From assembly GCA_036785375.1 (NCBI GenBank), contig JAWMAR010000123.1, positions 3,472,001 to 3,536,000 of the forward strand: DNA of 64,000 nt. Reading direction: 5' to 3'. The notes under the pieces were generated by a model. It was not told the origin of the DNA. It made no database searches and saw only the letters and a program-made list of their open reading frames with translations. The number at the start of each line of letters is the position of its first letter. The stretch's first letter is position 1. Source of the DNA: Leucoraja ocellata. Its lineage: Eukaryota. Shown here one piece after another: positions 41,518 to 52,959 of this stretch. The translations under genes were made by a program, and so were the position numbers.

Positions 41518-41782
41518 AGGGTGACGCAGCTGGTAGAGTTGAAGCCTCACAGTGCCAGAGACGCAGCTATAATTCTGACCTCGGCTGCTGTCTATGTGCA
41601 GATTGCACGTTCACCCTGTGGGCTTTCTCCAGGTGATTTGTTTTCCTCCCACATCCCAAAGATATGCGGGTTTGTAGGTTAATTGGGCTCTGTAAGTTGC
41701 CCCTAGTGTCTAGGGAGCGGATGTGAATGTGGGATAACATGGAACTGGTGTGAACGGATGATCGATGGTCATTGTGGACTTG
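41518..41782 (+). mobile_element. HE1/V-SINE-like SINE (diverged)
   Basis: gtgacgcagctggtagagttg... cctcccacatcccaaaga...ggtttgtaggttaattgg. Confidence 0.75.
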
Positions 41783-41783
41783 T

Positions 41784-41999
41784 AACATTCTGTGTGCTAA
41801 AAGAATTACAAAAGAATGCATGCTGTTATTTAATGCTTCTTGCTAAAAACTAAGATGGTTTAAATTTGCACAGGGTTTATTTCCTTGCCATATCAACAAA
41901 CTAGACTAATTTTCCAAATTTAAACCATCTAAGTTTGCAAGAAAATGTATTAAATAACAGCATGCATTTTTTTGTAATACTTTTAGCATATAGAATGTT
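41784..41999. repeat. Imperfect inverted repeat, ~85-bp arms with ~46-bp spacer
   Basis: aacattctgtgtgctaaaag..aatgcatgctgttatttaat..agatggtttaaatttg pairs with caaatttaaaccatct..attaaataacagcatgcatt..cttttagcatatagaatgtt. Confidence 0.85.
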
Positions 42000-42470
42000 C
42001 CAAATTGCTTTGCAGAAGTGTAATCAAAATTGTTCTGATACTGAACTACAAAGAGCGGTTAACCAGAAGTCTGGTCACGTGCATATTTTAAGAGGCTAAA
42101 GAGGAAGGAGAGGTTGAGGGAAGGTGTTCCAGAGAAACAGGCTGTTGTGGTGGAATAATTTAAGATTCATGGTGCATGAGGCAAGACTGGTGGATTTTAA
42201 AGGCCTCTGGGGTTTTGAACAGGAAGACATATTTTCCCTGGAAAAGGAAAGGTGCAATATCATGAAGAAAATGTATAAACCAGGATGAGAATTTTAAAAT
42301 AAAGGCATTGACTGATGGAAACCATCAGAGTTGTCAAGTAAGGATGATAGATACATTCATCTTTCTTGACGTGTTGGAAAAATTCGGAAGAAGTTGAGGA
42401 TGGGAAGACTGTTGGAAGAAGTTGAACGGAGAGTGCCAGTTGAATCCAGAGAAAAGCATGGATGGACTTT
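42000..42470 (-). mobile_element. Degenerate L2-like LINE 3' fragment
   Basis: Purine-rich tract (tgatactgaactac..accagaagtctggtc..gaggaaggagaggttgagggaaggtgttccaga) similar to ~33100-33510; typical reverse L2 end. Confidence 0.5.
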
Positions 42471-42517
42471 CAATGATTAACCTGGCTATTTATTCTCCAG
42501 TGTATTTATGTATAATG

Positions 42518-42915
42518 TACATATAAGATCGTTAAGGGTTTGGACAATATATAAGATTGTTAAGGGTTTGTACACGCTAGAGGCAGGAAACATGTTCCCG
42601 ATGTTGGGGGAGTCCAGAACCAGGGACTCGGTTTAAGAATAAGGAGTAAGCCATTTAGAATGGAGACGAGGAAACACTTTTTCCTCACAGAGAGTGGTGA
42701 GTCTGTGGAATTCTCTGCCTCAGAGGGCGGTGGAGGTAGGTTCTCTGGATGCTTTCAAGAGAGAGCTAGATAAGGCTCTTCAAAATAGCAATCAGGGGAT
42801 ATGGGGAGAAGGCAGGAACGGGGTACTGATTGGGGATGATCAGCCATGATCACATTGAATGGCGGTGCTGGCTCGACGGGCCGAATAGCCTACTACTGCA
42901 CCTATTGTCTATTGT
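42518..42915 (+). mobile_element. CR1/HER1-like LINE 3' end (young)
   Basis: ORF2 C-terminal remnant (...VVSLWNSLPQRAVE..SLDAFKRELD), 3' UTR gggccgaatagcctact..., (attgtct)n tail; 28-bp tandem duplication at the truncated 5' end. Confidence 0.85.
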
Positions 42916-44444
42916 ACCAAGAAAATTCGTTTTTTTTTTCTTCTATTTTCATTAAAGTGATACTATGCATTTTGAAGCTGTTTGTGCCCTTCCCTTTCAC
43001 CGCCTTTGCAATCAGAGAAGTGTATTTAATGAGGTACGCAGTCGGTTAAAATACTCCAGTGTTTAGGACATTTTGTACCGCAATCAGTGAAAGGATTTGA
43101 AAACAGTTTTTTTTTTTACTTGAGTTGGCCTGAGTACAAACCGAGGGCGGTTGGAAAAGCTAGCAAGTAAGTATTTGAAAGAAAAGTGAGCTGTCGTAAT
43201 ATGCGTCTCTCTCTGTATTTGCTGAGTAAAATTTATTTTTGTGTATCGGATGCCATGGCGACGTAACCATATAAGGTACTTGGGCAGAATGCGCTGTTGC
43301 TATGATGTGATGCTGAGAATCCTGTGCTTCAGTGATGTGTTATCGCACCACTGGCAGAGCCATTTCAGCTACGTTCAAATGGGCTCATTAAAATTTATAG
43401 TGCTGAAACATTTGCACCTGTGTGTTTCACACACAGGAACACCGTGTGCAGGTTTTCCATCGCTCAGACTCGCAATGCACTGATTTCTTCCTTTTCAAGA
43501 AAAGTAGTTATCCTCAACATGTTTTATATTTATGCATGTGGCCTCTTTCATCCTCCACCCTACCACAGGCAAATAGTAGTCGATGCAAATTGTAAGCTAC
43601 TCAGGAACATTTAAGTTGTATATAGATGATGATTTTGACAGATGGCCTATCAATTTTTAAATGCCTTTCCACACTATTTTGTTCTGACTTTTTTTAAACA
43701 CCTAACGTTGTCATTTTAATTCCATAGCATACTTATTCATTTAATTTAATTACGCAACCCATATATTAGTTAATTCCATAGTTTCTATTTGTCGAATCTG
43801 TGTATTCCGAGCTGATTTTAATAACAGTCCGAGACTTGGCCCTTCCTTGTGCCTAAACTTCATTCTATTTTTGAACTAGCTGGAACTTCAAACCAAGAAC
43901 TCACTGAAAAACTTACAGGAGACTCTTGCGTTAAATATAATACTTTTGTCCAATGTAAGGTAACATAATAATAATAATATCTTTTATTGTCATTGCACGT
44001 CAGTGCAACGAGATTTAGTATGCAGCTCCAACCGATGAAAAAGAAAAGTAAAATAAATAAAGCTAAAAGTTTTAATAAAGCAAAATGCATGCCAGAAAAT
44101 ATGATTGACGGAGACTGACAAATCCCACACTTGGTGATGGTTGGTTATCATTTTTAGTTGCAGTCAGGTCACCTTTTCCTTACTGGAAGTTGTGGATAGC
44201 CTATAACACCAATTAGTGCCCATAGCTGTCAGTTCAACAGCCACATCAGCACCTGTGGGTTATGCATCGAAAGGAAAACAAAGTGCCTAGAATAACCGAT
44301 TGTCATTTTAACTTGACATTTTGTCACAAAGGTTGTGCATGAGATTTGAACAAACACTGATTTACATTTACATATGAAATTAATACTAAAATGTTCAACC
44401 AATCAATGAAATAAGTGCAGAATTGGCATCAATGGACTTTTTTT

Positions 44445-44635
44445 ATGAGATACAGCACGGAAACAGGCCATGGGATCCACTGAGTCTGGGCCGACCAGCG
44501 ATCACCCACTTGATTATCCTACATACTAGAGACAATTTGCAAATTACATAAGCCAATCAACCTACAAACCTGTACGTCTTTGGAGTGTGGGAGGAAACCA
44601 GAGCACCCAGAGAAAACCCATAGGGCGAACATACT
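44445..44635 (-). mobile_element. HE1/V-SINE-like SINE, 5'-truncated
   Basis: agccaatcaacctacaaacctgtacgtctttggagtgtgggaggaaacc matches the other copies. Confidence 0.75.
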
Positions 44636-45456
44636 AAATTAGCTAACTAATTTGAGACTAATTCGGAATAAAATATATAATGCTGATAGTAATCCAAACA
44701 CATAGGTGGCCACTAAAACAAATGCTCATTATTGTACCCCTGTCCACTTCTCCAAAATTTTACGCTTAATGTTTTTGAAACTTTTCTACTGTAACTTTTT
44801 AAAATGACTAATATGAAAGGTAACTTCGCCCTCCCCCTCTCCTTGTATTGTAAACCCACTAACTGCAATGAGTCATACTCAGTCAAATTGCTAGCAGTGT
44901 TTCAGCAATGATTTTAGAGGGCTGTCATAACATTTAAAGCCTACTAAATGCTCAGTGTAGGTGTGTTACTTCCAAGGACATTAGATTTGACTGCAAGCAC
45001 AAATTTTCCAGATGAATTATTTTCGAGGATTCCCCTATAATGGAAGGTTTTGTTCTGTCAAATGTTGACATGAACAGAATAAGTTCTTATTGCATGTCTT
45101 TATTATTCTTCCTTTACAAATATATTCTAAATGATTTTTAAAAGAATCTGTGTGAATGAACTCATTAATTTGCTGAAATATGTTCTTATAATTAAAATTG
45201 TCAGTGACTCCGATTCATTTTCAATTTTGAGTTTTACTGCTGGGCCAAAAGTTACATTTTGCTTTATATCCAATTATTATAAAATTAAAGATTCTGTACC
45301 TTGTATAACCTATTACCTGCACTGCATTTAAAGATGTGTCTCTACACAAGACTTTCTTACTGCTCTGACCATATAAAAAAAACGATTTAACGTGTATTTC
45401 CTCAAGTGCTTAGATTCAGTGCTTTATTTCATTATTGTTCCTCCTTGGACTTGCCT

Positions 45457-45757
45457 ATTTAGTTTTAGTTTAGTGGAAACAGGCCCTTCAGCCCACCGAG
45501 TTCGCGCCGACCAGCGATCCCTGCACACTAACACTACCCTACACACTAGGATAATTTAACATTAATGGCAAGCCAATTAACCTACAAACCTGTACGTCTT
45601 TGGAGTGTGGGAGGAAACCGAAGATCCCAGAGAAAACCCATGCAGGTCACAGGGAGACCCCACAAACTCCGTACTGACAAGCACCCGTAGTCAGGATCTA
45701 ACCCGGGTCTGGGGAGCTGTAAGGCAGTAGCTCTACTGCTATGCCCTTGTGCCGCCC
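45457..45757 (-). mobile_element. HE1/V-SINE-like SINE, near full length
   Basis: Complete head-core-tail in reverse, ending in a (taaac)n-type tail. Confidence 0.82.
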
Positions 45758-47919
45758 ATATTTGATCATATTAATTCTGCCATCTGTCTATCAACTCTTT
45801 CTGCTGACTTTCATAGTCTCTCATAGTGATTTGTAACCTTACACCATCACTAAGCTATGATCTGTTTTTCATTCTAAATTATTTCTGTACTTTGTTTTTT
45901 ATTTACATGTACTATGATGTGGAGCGTGACCTGCTGCATCTTTCTGGTCTGAAAAGCTTTCCTATTACTGTATTTGCTGACCGAAACCCTATTGCTTACA
46001 GCATTTTTGCTGACAGGAAACCATTCTTCTTTGACCACATTGCCTCTTTGTTATTTGTCTTTATCTTGACAGTAAACCACAAAGAAAAAAACATTTTATT
46101 TAAAAAGCACTCTGTTCCTAATTTACAGACATTGCTTTTTGAAATTTAGTAATCTGAACTGCATCCATATTACTTTGTCATTGGTTTCTTATAGACGACT
46201 TAGCATTTCCCAGTGATGTGCAGTTTGTCTCCCTCCCCAACACAGCTGATGTGGCTAAGATTGAGAGATAATGATGTGTTAGTCATGAATGTGAACCCAT
46301 GTCATTAGAGCCCACTGGAGCACCAATTCAACATCATCCCACCGCTTAATGCAGCCTCAGCTAATTGAGCATTTAAAATAAGTAGGATCATGCACAGTAG
46401 TATTTTACGATCACTGGTTGCATTTACATGGATGCAATGAATAGATTTTCTGTGTTTGTGAAGATGATATTTTAGTATTCTGTGCAAAATGTTGTCATTG
46501 TTTTTACAATTGCCACCCAAGGGTCATTTCTTACTGTTTCAATAGATGCAACTTTTTTGGTAAATGGTTTTGCTTTTTTCTTGACTTTCATTAAGATATA
46601 TACCAGTTGCCTAGCTGCCTTGTGATTGCTTGGGTCAGACGTTGACCCTTTCACCAGGAAGTTGAAGCTGACCACCAGTTAGCTGTCTGTGATAAAACTC
46701 CAGGTTTGACAGCTTTCATGAGAGCTAACTGTCACCACCAAAAAAAAATGTAGCCCTTTGCTTTTCTGCGAATGATAGACCAATGTTGCATTCACTCCTC
46801 TTCTCTTATCTGACATCCTTTTGTCTCCTTTTCACCTCTTGTTTTGTCACTTACACCACCCATTGTAATCATGTATTGTCTTTTTGCTGACTGGATAGCA
46901 CTCAACAAAAGCTTTTCACTGTACCTCAGTACACGTGACAGTAAACTAAATTGAACTGAACATGCCCTCACCTGTGTACACCTATCATTTGCCAAACGTT
47001 GTCCTGCCCCCACCTATCTCCTCCAGCTTTCTCATCCTTACTTCAATCACACTGAAGACGGATCCCAACCCAAAACTTTGTTCATTCCATTCACAATGTT
47101 GCAAGACTTGCTGAATTCCTCCATCACTTTGTGTATTGCTTAATATTCCAGCACCTGCAGTTACTTGTGTGTCCATGGGGCAATCGGTAGTGGGAAAGGG
47201 CAGATTTACACCAGTGAGGGTGGCAGTTTACTCAGTAAGTGCTGAGGAGCACATTTGTACAGTAGCCGTGTGCTCAATGAATAATGAGTCATGGAATGAG
47301 TGTTGCATGCATACTTTTAATCTCGATGTCCTTAGCACTATTTAATAATGTCTTATTTTTTAAAATGTCTTTGCACATTGCTCAACTGATAGCACTCCAA
47401 TTGCATCAGCTACGAGTTTCTGTCTGTTCAGCTTAAGTGATTTCCATAGGTTTCTCCCCGCAAGTAATGCCGTTCCCAGCTATGAAAAGAATTTCTGCTA
47501 TGACCTATTTCCTGTAGCTATGGCGACAGCCTATCGTGAGATTTGTATTGGGGAAAACACTAGGGAGTTATGAAAAATGACATTTCAATGCATAACTGAA
47601 GATCAAAGATGTTTGAGGAAACCATTGTCTAGATGAAAATTTGCATATGAAAGGACCACTAAAAATTTGAATATAGGTAAAAATTTTGGAACAAAAACAT
47701 TAGGTTGTTTTTGGAGTTCAAATGAGCAGACGCAATGAGAGTTCATTTTGCATACTCCATTTCTGCTAAACTTGTTCACTAAAGGTGTGTCTGGCTTATT
47801 TGCCAAAACATCCTGAAGTCTTAATGCTGGGCACAGTTGTATTTATTCTCAGTGTAGGTATTTCAATTTCTAACATCCCAATGTACCTTGACTGAGTTCA
47901 AAGCTGATGGCCTGCTGAT

Positions 47920-48355
47920 CCGATTAACATATGAGCGTTTGACGGCACTGGGCCTATATTCGCTGGTGTATGGAATGATGAGGGGGGATCTCATTGAAAC
48001 GTACCAAATTGTGAAAGGCTTGAATAGAGTGGATGTGGAGAGGATATTTCCACTAGAGGTCATAGCCTCAAAATTAAGATGTGAAAGGACGTTCTTTTAG
48101 GAAGGAGATGAGGAGGAATGTATTTTGTCGGAGGGTGGTGAATCTGTGGAATTACTTGCCGCAGAAGGCTGTGGAGGCCAAGTCATTGGATATATTTAAG
48201 GCAGAGATAGATAGATTCTTGATCAGTACAGGTGACGGAGGTTATGGGCAAGGCAGGAGAATAGGGTTAGGAGGGAAAGATAGATTAGCCATGATTGAAT
48301 GGGGGAGTAGACTTGATGGGCTGAATGGCCTAATTCAACTATCACATGATCTTAT
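47920..48355 (+). mobile_element. CR1-like LINE 3' end
   Basis: YERLTALGLYSL..MRGDLIETYQIVKG and RRVVNLWNYLPQKAVEAKSLDIFKAEIDRFL are CR1 ORF2 C-terminal motifs. Confidence 0.88.
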
Positions 48356-48809
48356 GATCTGCATTTTTTAATGCACACGTAATAATGTTACATTTTGCAG
48401 CACATCTTGATCAAAGTAACATTAAAATTGCAAAGTAATATTAAGTGAAAGTATTCTTTAATAAACATCATTTTGATTTAAATCTAAATCGACAGCTTGC
48501 TTCTATGCACTGCTAAATCCCAAAGAAATATAATCTCGTAGGAGTTTCCACAGAAATGTAGCTAAGTCATAATCCTATTTGCATGGGTTAATGAATAAGG
48601 TAGTAGCATTAGATTTGGAAAATTGAGTTTTCATTTGTGGATGAAATTTTAAAGGACTGAATTTTGCCTTGCTTATGACACATCAGTAAATGTTAATCTT
48701 AACCGATAGAAATCATTGACTTTTTCTTTATTTTAATATAGTACTTTCACACACTTGTTCTTTGACCATGCATCATTATCATTGTTGAAAACATCAACAG
48801 GCACGGTGC

Positions 48810-49005
48810 CATACAATGCTATATACGACAGTGACCGCAACTTCTACTGAAGTGTGGATGGCTGTTGGCTCGCTAGGACCTGCTGGGGGTCCACAGCCTC
48901 CTCCTCACCTGGCAAACCAGGTGGGGGAGACGGTTTAGTCACCGACTATCCGACCATGGAGCAGGTAGCACGTGATTACATGGTACCTGTGGCGGTGGGA
49001 ACTCC
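48810..49005 (-). repeat. Second, inverted and internally deleted copy of the 37502 repeat
   Basis: Reverse complement matches 37502-37727 with a ~35-bp internal deletion. Confidence 0.75.
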
Positions 49006-49707
49006 ACCCCCCCCCCCCCCGACCTGACCATGCCATTATACCTTATTAAAGAAGACTGCAAATTTGGCTGTTCTTCCCCTCTCTTAGCCAAGTGGTTACC
49101 TTTGCAAGTAGTATGTGCAGGAAAGCGGGCAACTTGTATCTAAGAAAAGTCCTATTTATTTTTGAGCAAGGTTAGGTGCATGGAGTTGGACAGCAGGAAA
49201 CAGACCCTTCGGCCCAACTTGCCCCATCTACATTAGTCCCACCTGCCTGCGTTTTGCCCTTATCCCTCTAAACCTTCCTGGGTATAAATGGGAATCAAAT
49301 TTGATAATTAGTACTGGTATTAAGCAATTGCAAATATTCAATCAAATTATCTGTTTGAATGTTGAAATTAGTGATTCCGATTTACATGCTTTTTGTTTTA
49401 AAGTTCTGATTCTCAAAGGACTGGTAGTAGTAAATTAGTAGAACAATTTAAATTGAGTCATTGGTCCCAAGTTGGTCTCTGGTGCAAAATTGGAGTTGAA
49501 TCTTGGATTTTCATGATGTGATCAGCTATGGCAGAATTGCGGTTGGTATCATTGTGACTCAAACTTCACGTTGTCCATTCTGCCTTGCTCCTTAATACAA
49601 ATTGGCTCGGTTAATGAACCCCCAGTGGAAAATAAGGTACTTTTAAGTGGAGCTTTCAGGGTGTCTGGTCAGCCATGTTGACGGGTATTACGAATTAAGA
49701 GCATCAA

Positions 49708-51366
49708 TTGTATTGTATTGTATTGTATTGTATTCAAATTTATTGTCATTGTCTCAATTTGAGACAACGAAATGAATTTCCCTTACAGGCAGTATCATAA
49801 AAAAAATCACAAAGAAATAATAAAAATAAATAATCAATAAATAATAAAACATATTAAAAATAAAATTGAAATTGAATTAAAATTTTAAAAAAGCACAAAC
49901 ACAGAAAGTCCACGACACAACATAACATAAATGGCACCAAGGTGAGGAAGGCACCATAGTCCAGCCGGCCTCCCCTCCGTGTTCATCCGTGGTCGGGGCC
50001 TTCCGAGCACCTGCAGTCGCCGCCCCGGGTGGCCCGATGTTCAGGCCCTCACGCCGGACTGGTGGAACGCCGACGCCGATCCCCGACTGTGAACATCCTC
50101 CTCCTCAGCGGCCCGGACCTCCTGATCAGCCGCCTCCCACTGCCGGAGTCTGCAGCTCCTGAGTCCACAGGCCGAGCCGGGCAAAGTCACAGGACCCCGC
50201 GCTGTCCATCAGCGCCGCCCGCGTTGGGAGCTCCGCAAACCGCAGCTCCAGGATGTTGGTGCAGCAGGTCCAGCACTCCGGGCTCCAGACGTCGACCTCT
50301 GGTAAGGCATCGCCAGCCCCGCGATGTTTCAGTGCTGTCCCGCCGCTGCTGGAGCTCCGGTCGATCCCGACAGGAAAGGCCGCGCCAATCCAGGTAGGTA
50401 GGCTGCTGTGGGGAGAGGGGGGGGAGCGAGGACGCGACTCGAATAATAGTCGCGTCCTCACCAGGAAGCGGCTGAAGGACGGTATCCCCCGCACCGTGCC
50501 CTCTTCCCCCACATAAAAACACCAAAGAAAACACAAAAAAACACACTTTAACATAACTATGTTTATGAATCTCTCCCTGCACTGGAGACCCGACCTTTTC
50601 TCGTCGGGTCTCGGGTGTTGTTGAGGCTGCAACGGGGAGCGGCCTCCAACAGGAAGAAGCCAGGGACTCAGGTGTCGACTCACCGTTGCCGTCGCGGAGC
50701 TGGCCGGGTCCGGAGCGGGTGGAGCGGTGGAGGAGCGCTGCTGCTGCTGCTGCTGCTGCTACCGGAGAGTCGGAGGCTCCAACGACGGGTCTGTGGACGA
50801 CGGCATCGGGAGCCCACGGCTCCCTGGAGGGAGACCGCTTCTCAGGGCTCCTGCAACGGCGACTTCTCCCGCCCGAGTGCGGGGTTGAAGAGCTCTTGGA
50901 GCGGGGCCTGACACCACTGCCCTGCGCGGCTGGAGTGGCCGCGGACTTTGCGAGCGCACACCGGGGGCTCTAACACCAAGACCCGGTGTGCGACCTCGCA
51001 CCACCCGGCGTGGCTTTAATGGCCGCGGGACAATCGCCATCGCCAGCCGGGGGCTATGACTTTGACTCTGACATCGGGGGGGGGGGGGAGAGTGCAGTGG
51101 AGAGAAGTTTATTTGGCCTTCCATCACAGCTATGTGATGGATGTTTATGTTAAATGTAATTATTGTTGTGTCTGGGGTCTATTTGTATGTAATGTATGGC
51201 TGCAGAAACGGCATTTCGTTTGGACCTCCAGGAGTCCAAATGACAATTAAATTGACTCTGACTCTGACTCTGACTCTCTGACTCTGAACTAAATAATAAA
51301 CAAAAAAACAAAAAGATACCGGGCTGTAGGTGGAGGCTGCTGGCACCAGCGCCACCGGAAGTACAA
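49708..51366 (-). mobile_element. GC-rich non-autonomous retroposon A (~0.93 kb excluding the nested insert)
   Basis: Minus strand starts near ACTTCCGGTGGCGC (51362) and ends stem-loop-AATGACAATAAA-(CAATA)n; CATCAA is repeated at 49702-49707 and 51367-51372 (putative TSD). Confidence 0.75.
50560..51286 (+). mobile_element. GC-rich non-autonomous retroposon B nested in element A
   Basis: Ends CATTTCGTTTGGAC..GTCCAAATGACAATTAAA-(GACTCT)n; AACTA is repeated at 50555-50559 and 51287-51291, and removing B rejoins A's T-rich tract. Confidence 0.75.
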
Positions 51367-52289
51367 CATCAAGAGGTTTGAAGTAAATGCAAGAGAGTTT
51401 TTGGGATTGTTCTCTGGAATGGAAGACGCAGAAGCTTGAGACACAGGGAGCTATTTCTAATTTCTCTATGATCTCCTGACATTGTTGGGTTGAAAAGTAT
51501 ATTTGCAATGACGGTGCTTAATTAACTTGTTTTGGAGGGAGATTTGGGAATGTTTTATTAATATTTACTTCATTCTTTATTAAAGTATTATTTTTAAGGC
51601 AATGTTTGTTTCTACTTGGGCCATTTGTGCATACTCCCACAGTTGTGGGAATGTGTTCGTGCCGGAGCACCGCAAGTCGCCTGTTGAATCACTCCCATCC
51701 TGCTACATTTTATGAAGTAATGTGGCAATTGTTTGTTTTAATAACTTTTGATTTAGTAAAAAAAATACTAAATTGCTGTATTCCATTTTTTTCAGTCCTT
51801 GAGTTTGAAGCAATATTTTGTACTATGATATATATTTGGAAACAAGTTTGAAAAATCTCTGCAGTTAATAGTGGTGGAATAATTACTGGCACTTGATGCT
51901 GCAGCTTAATGAATTCTAATGGGAAATATGGTGCATTTCATATTTTAACTGAATAATACTTTTGAAATATTTGTTTAAAATATTTGAGGCTGTTTTGCAA
52001 CTTTCAGTATAAACATCCAGAAGTTAGGAATTTAATTCTCATTGCAGAAATTGCATTCAATAAAACTAATAAGTTGCTGCCAAACTTTAGAAAATAAATA
52101 GCCATGTATTATCGGTAGGATGGTCATTAAAGATCCCTCTTGTGAGGATCCTTGTGATGGCACGGTTGACATTATGTTGCTACTGACACTTTGTATACTT
52201 CTAATCCAATCTGAAATTCGGTAAATTTATTTGCAAAGATTTCATTTCAAATTTGAGACATTTTATTTTAGCACAGAAGTAGAGCATTG

Positions 52290-52490
52290 GATAGACAATA
52301 GACAATAGGTGCAGGAGTGGGCCATTTGGCCCTTCGAGCCAGCACCGCCATTCAATGTGGTCATGGCTGATCATCCACAATCAGTACCCCTTTCCTGCCT
52401 TCAACCGATATCTAGCCCTATCTAGCTCTCTCTTGAAAGCATCCAGAGAACCTGCCTCCACCGCCCTCTGAGGCAGAGAATTCAACAGAC
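52290..52490 (-). mobile_element. CR1/HER1-like 3' end
   Basis: Reverse complement of the 42518 family with a (agacaat)n tail. Confidence 0.8.
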
Positions 52491-52806
52491 ATAGTTATTG
52501 ATAGTTGTATATATATACAGCAGGTGCAACCAATTGTTTTGAATTTATCATCCAAATATGCATATTCAATAAATTGATCACAATTGGGGTTATCTGTAGG
52601 AAATAGTGCACTGCAATATGTTTCCAGAATTAGGAGCAATAACTCCCAAACTGCAGTTGAAACTGATGTAAAAATAGAAATGTATAGCGATGTGCATTAA
52701 AAATTAAAATTAAAAAAAAATAATTGGAAATGATTTTATTCCTACATTGTTGTTTTACCGTTGTCTAATTAGTCTAAAATTCTTCCTCCTCCTTCTCCTA
52801 CTGCAG

Positions 52807-52959
52807 TTTGCGGAGGCAATAACCAAAAAGCAAGTGGAACTGGGGAACTATATTGGAAACGGATACAAGACGGCATTGAGTGAGGAACGTAGGCGGTATT
52901 CCTTTTTGGTGGAAAGGCAGTGTTCCGTTGCCAAGAATAACATGGTGTACCACAGCAGG
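52807..52959 (+). CDS. BAIAP2: BAIAP2 coding exon (exon 7 equivalent, IMD signature), 153 bp, phase 0/0
   Basis: ctgcag|TTTGCGGAG...AGCAGG|gtaagt; FAEAITKKQVELGNYIGNGYKTALSEERRRYSFLVERQCSVAKNNMVYHSR with the IMD ALxEERRR signature. Confidence 0.96.

Noticed and set aside
50029-51127. Cluster of overlapping 87-185 aa ORFs on both strands
   Set aside because: Expected from high GC content inside elements A and B; Arg/Pro/Ser/Gly-rich with no domain motif, and the longest ORF crosses the A/B insertion junction.
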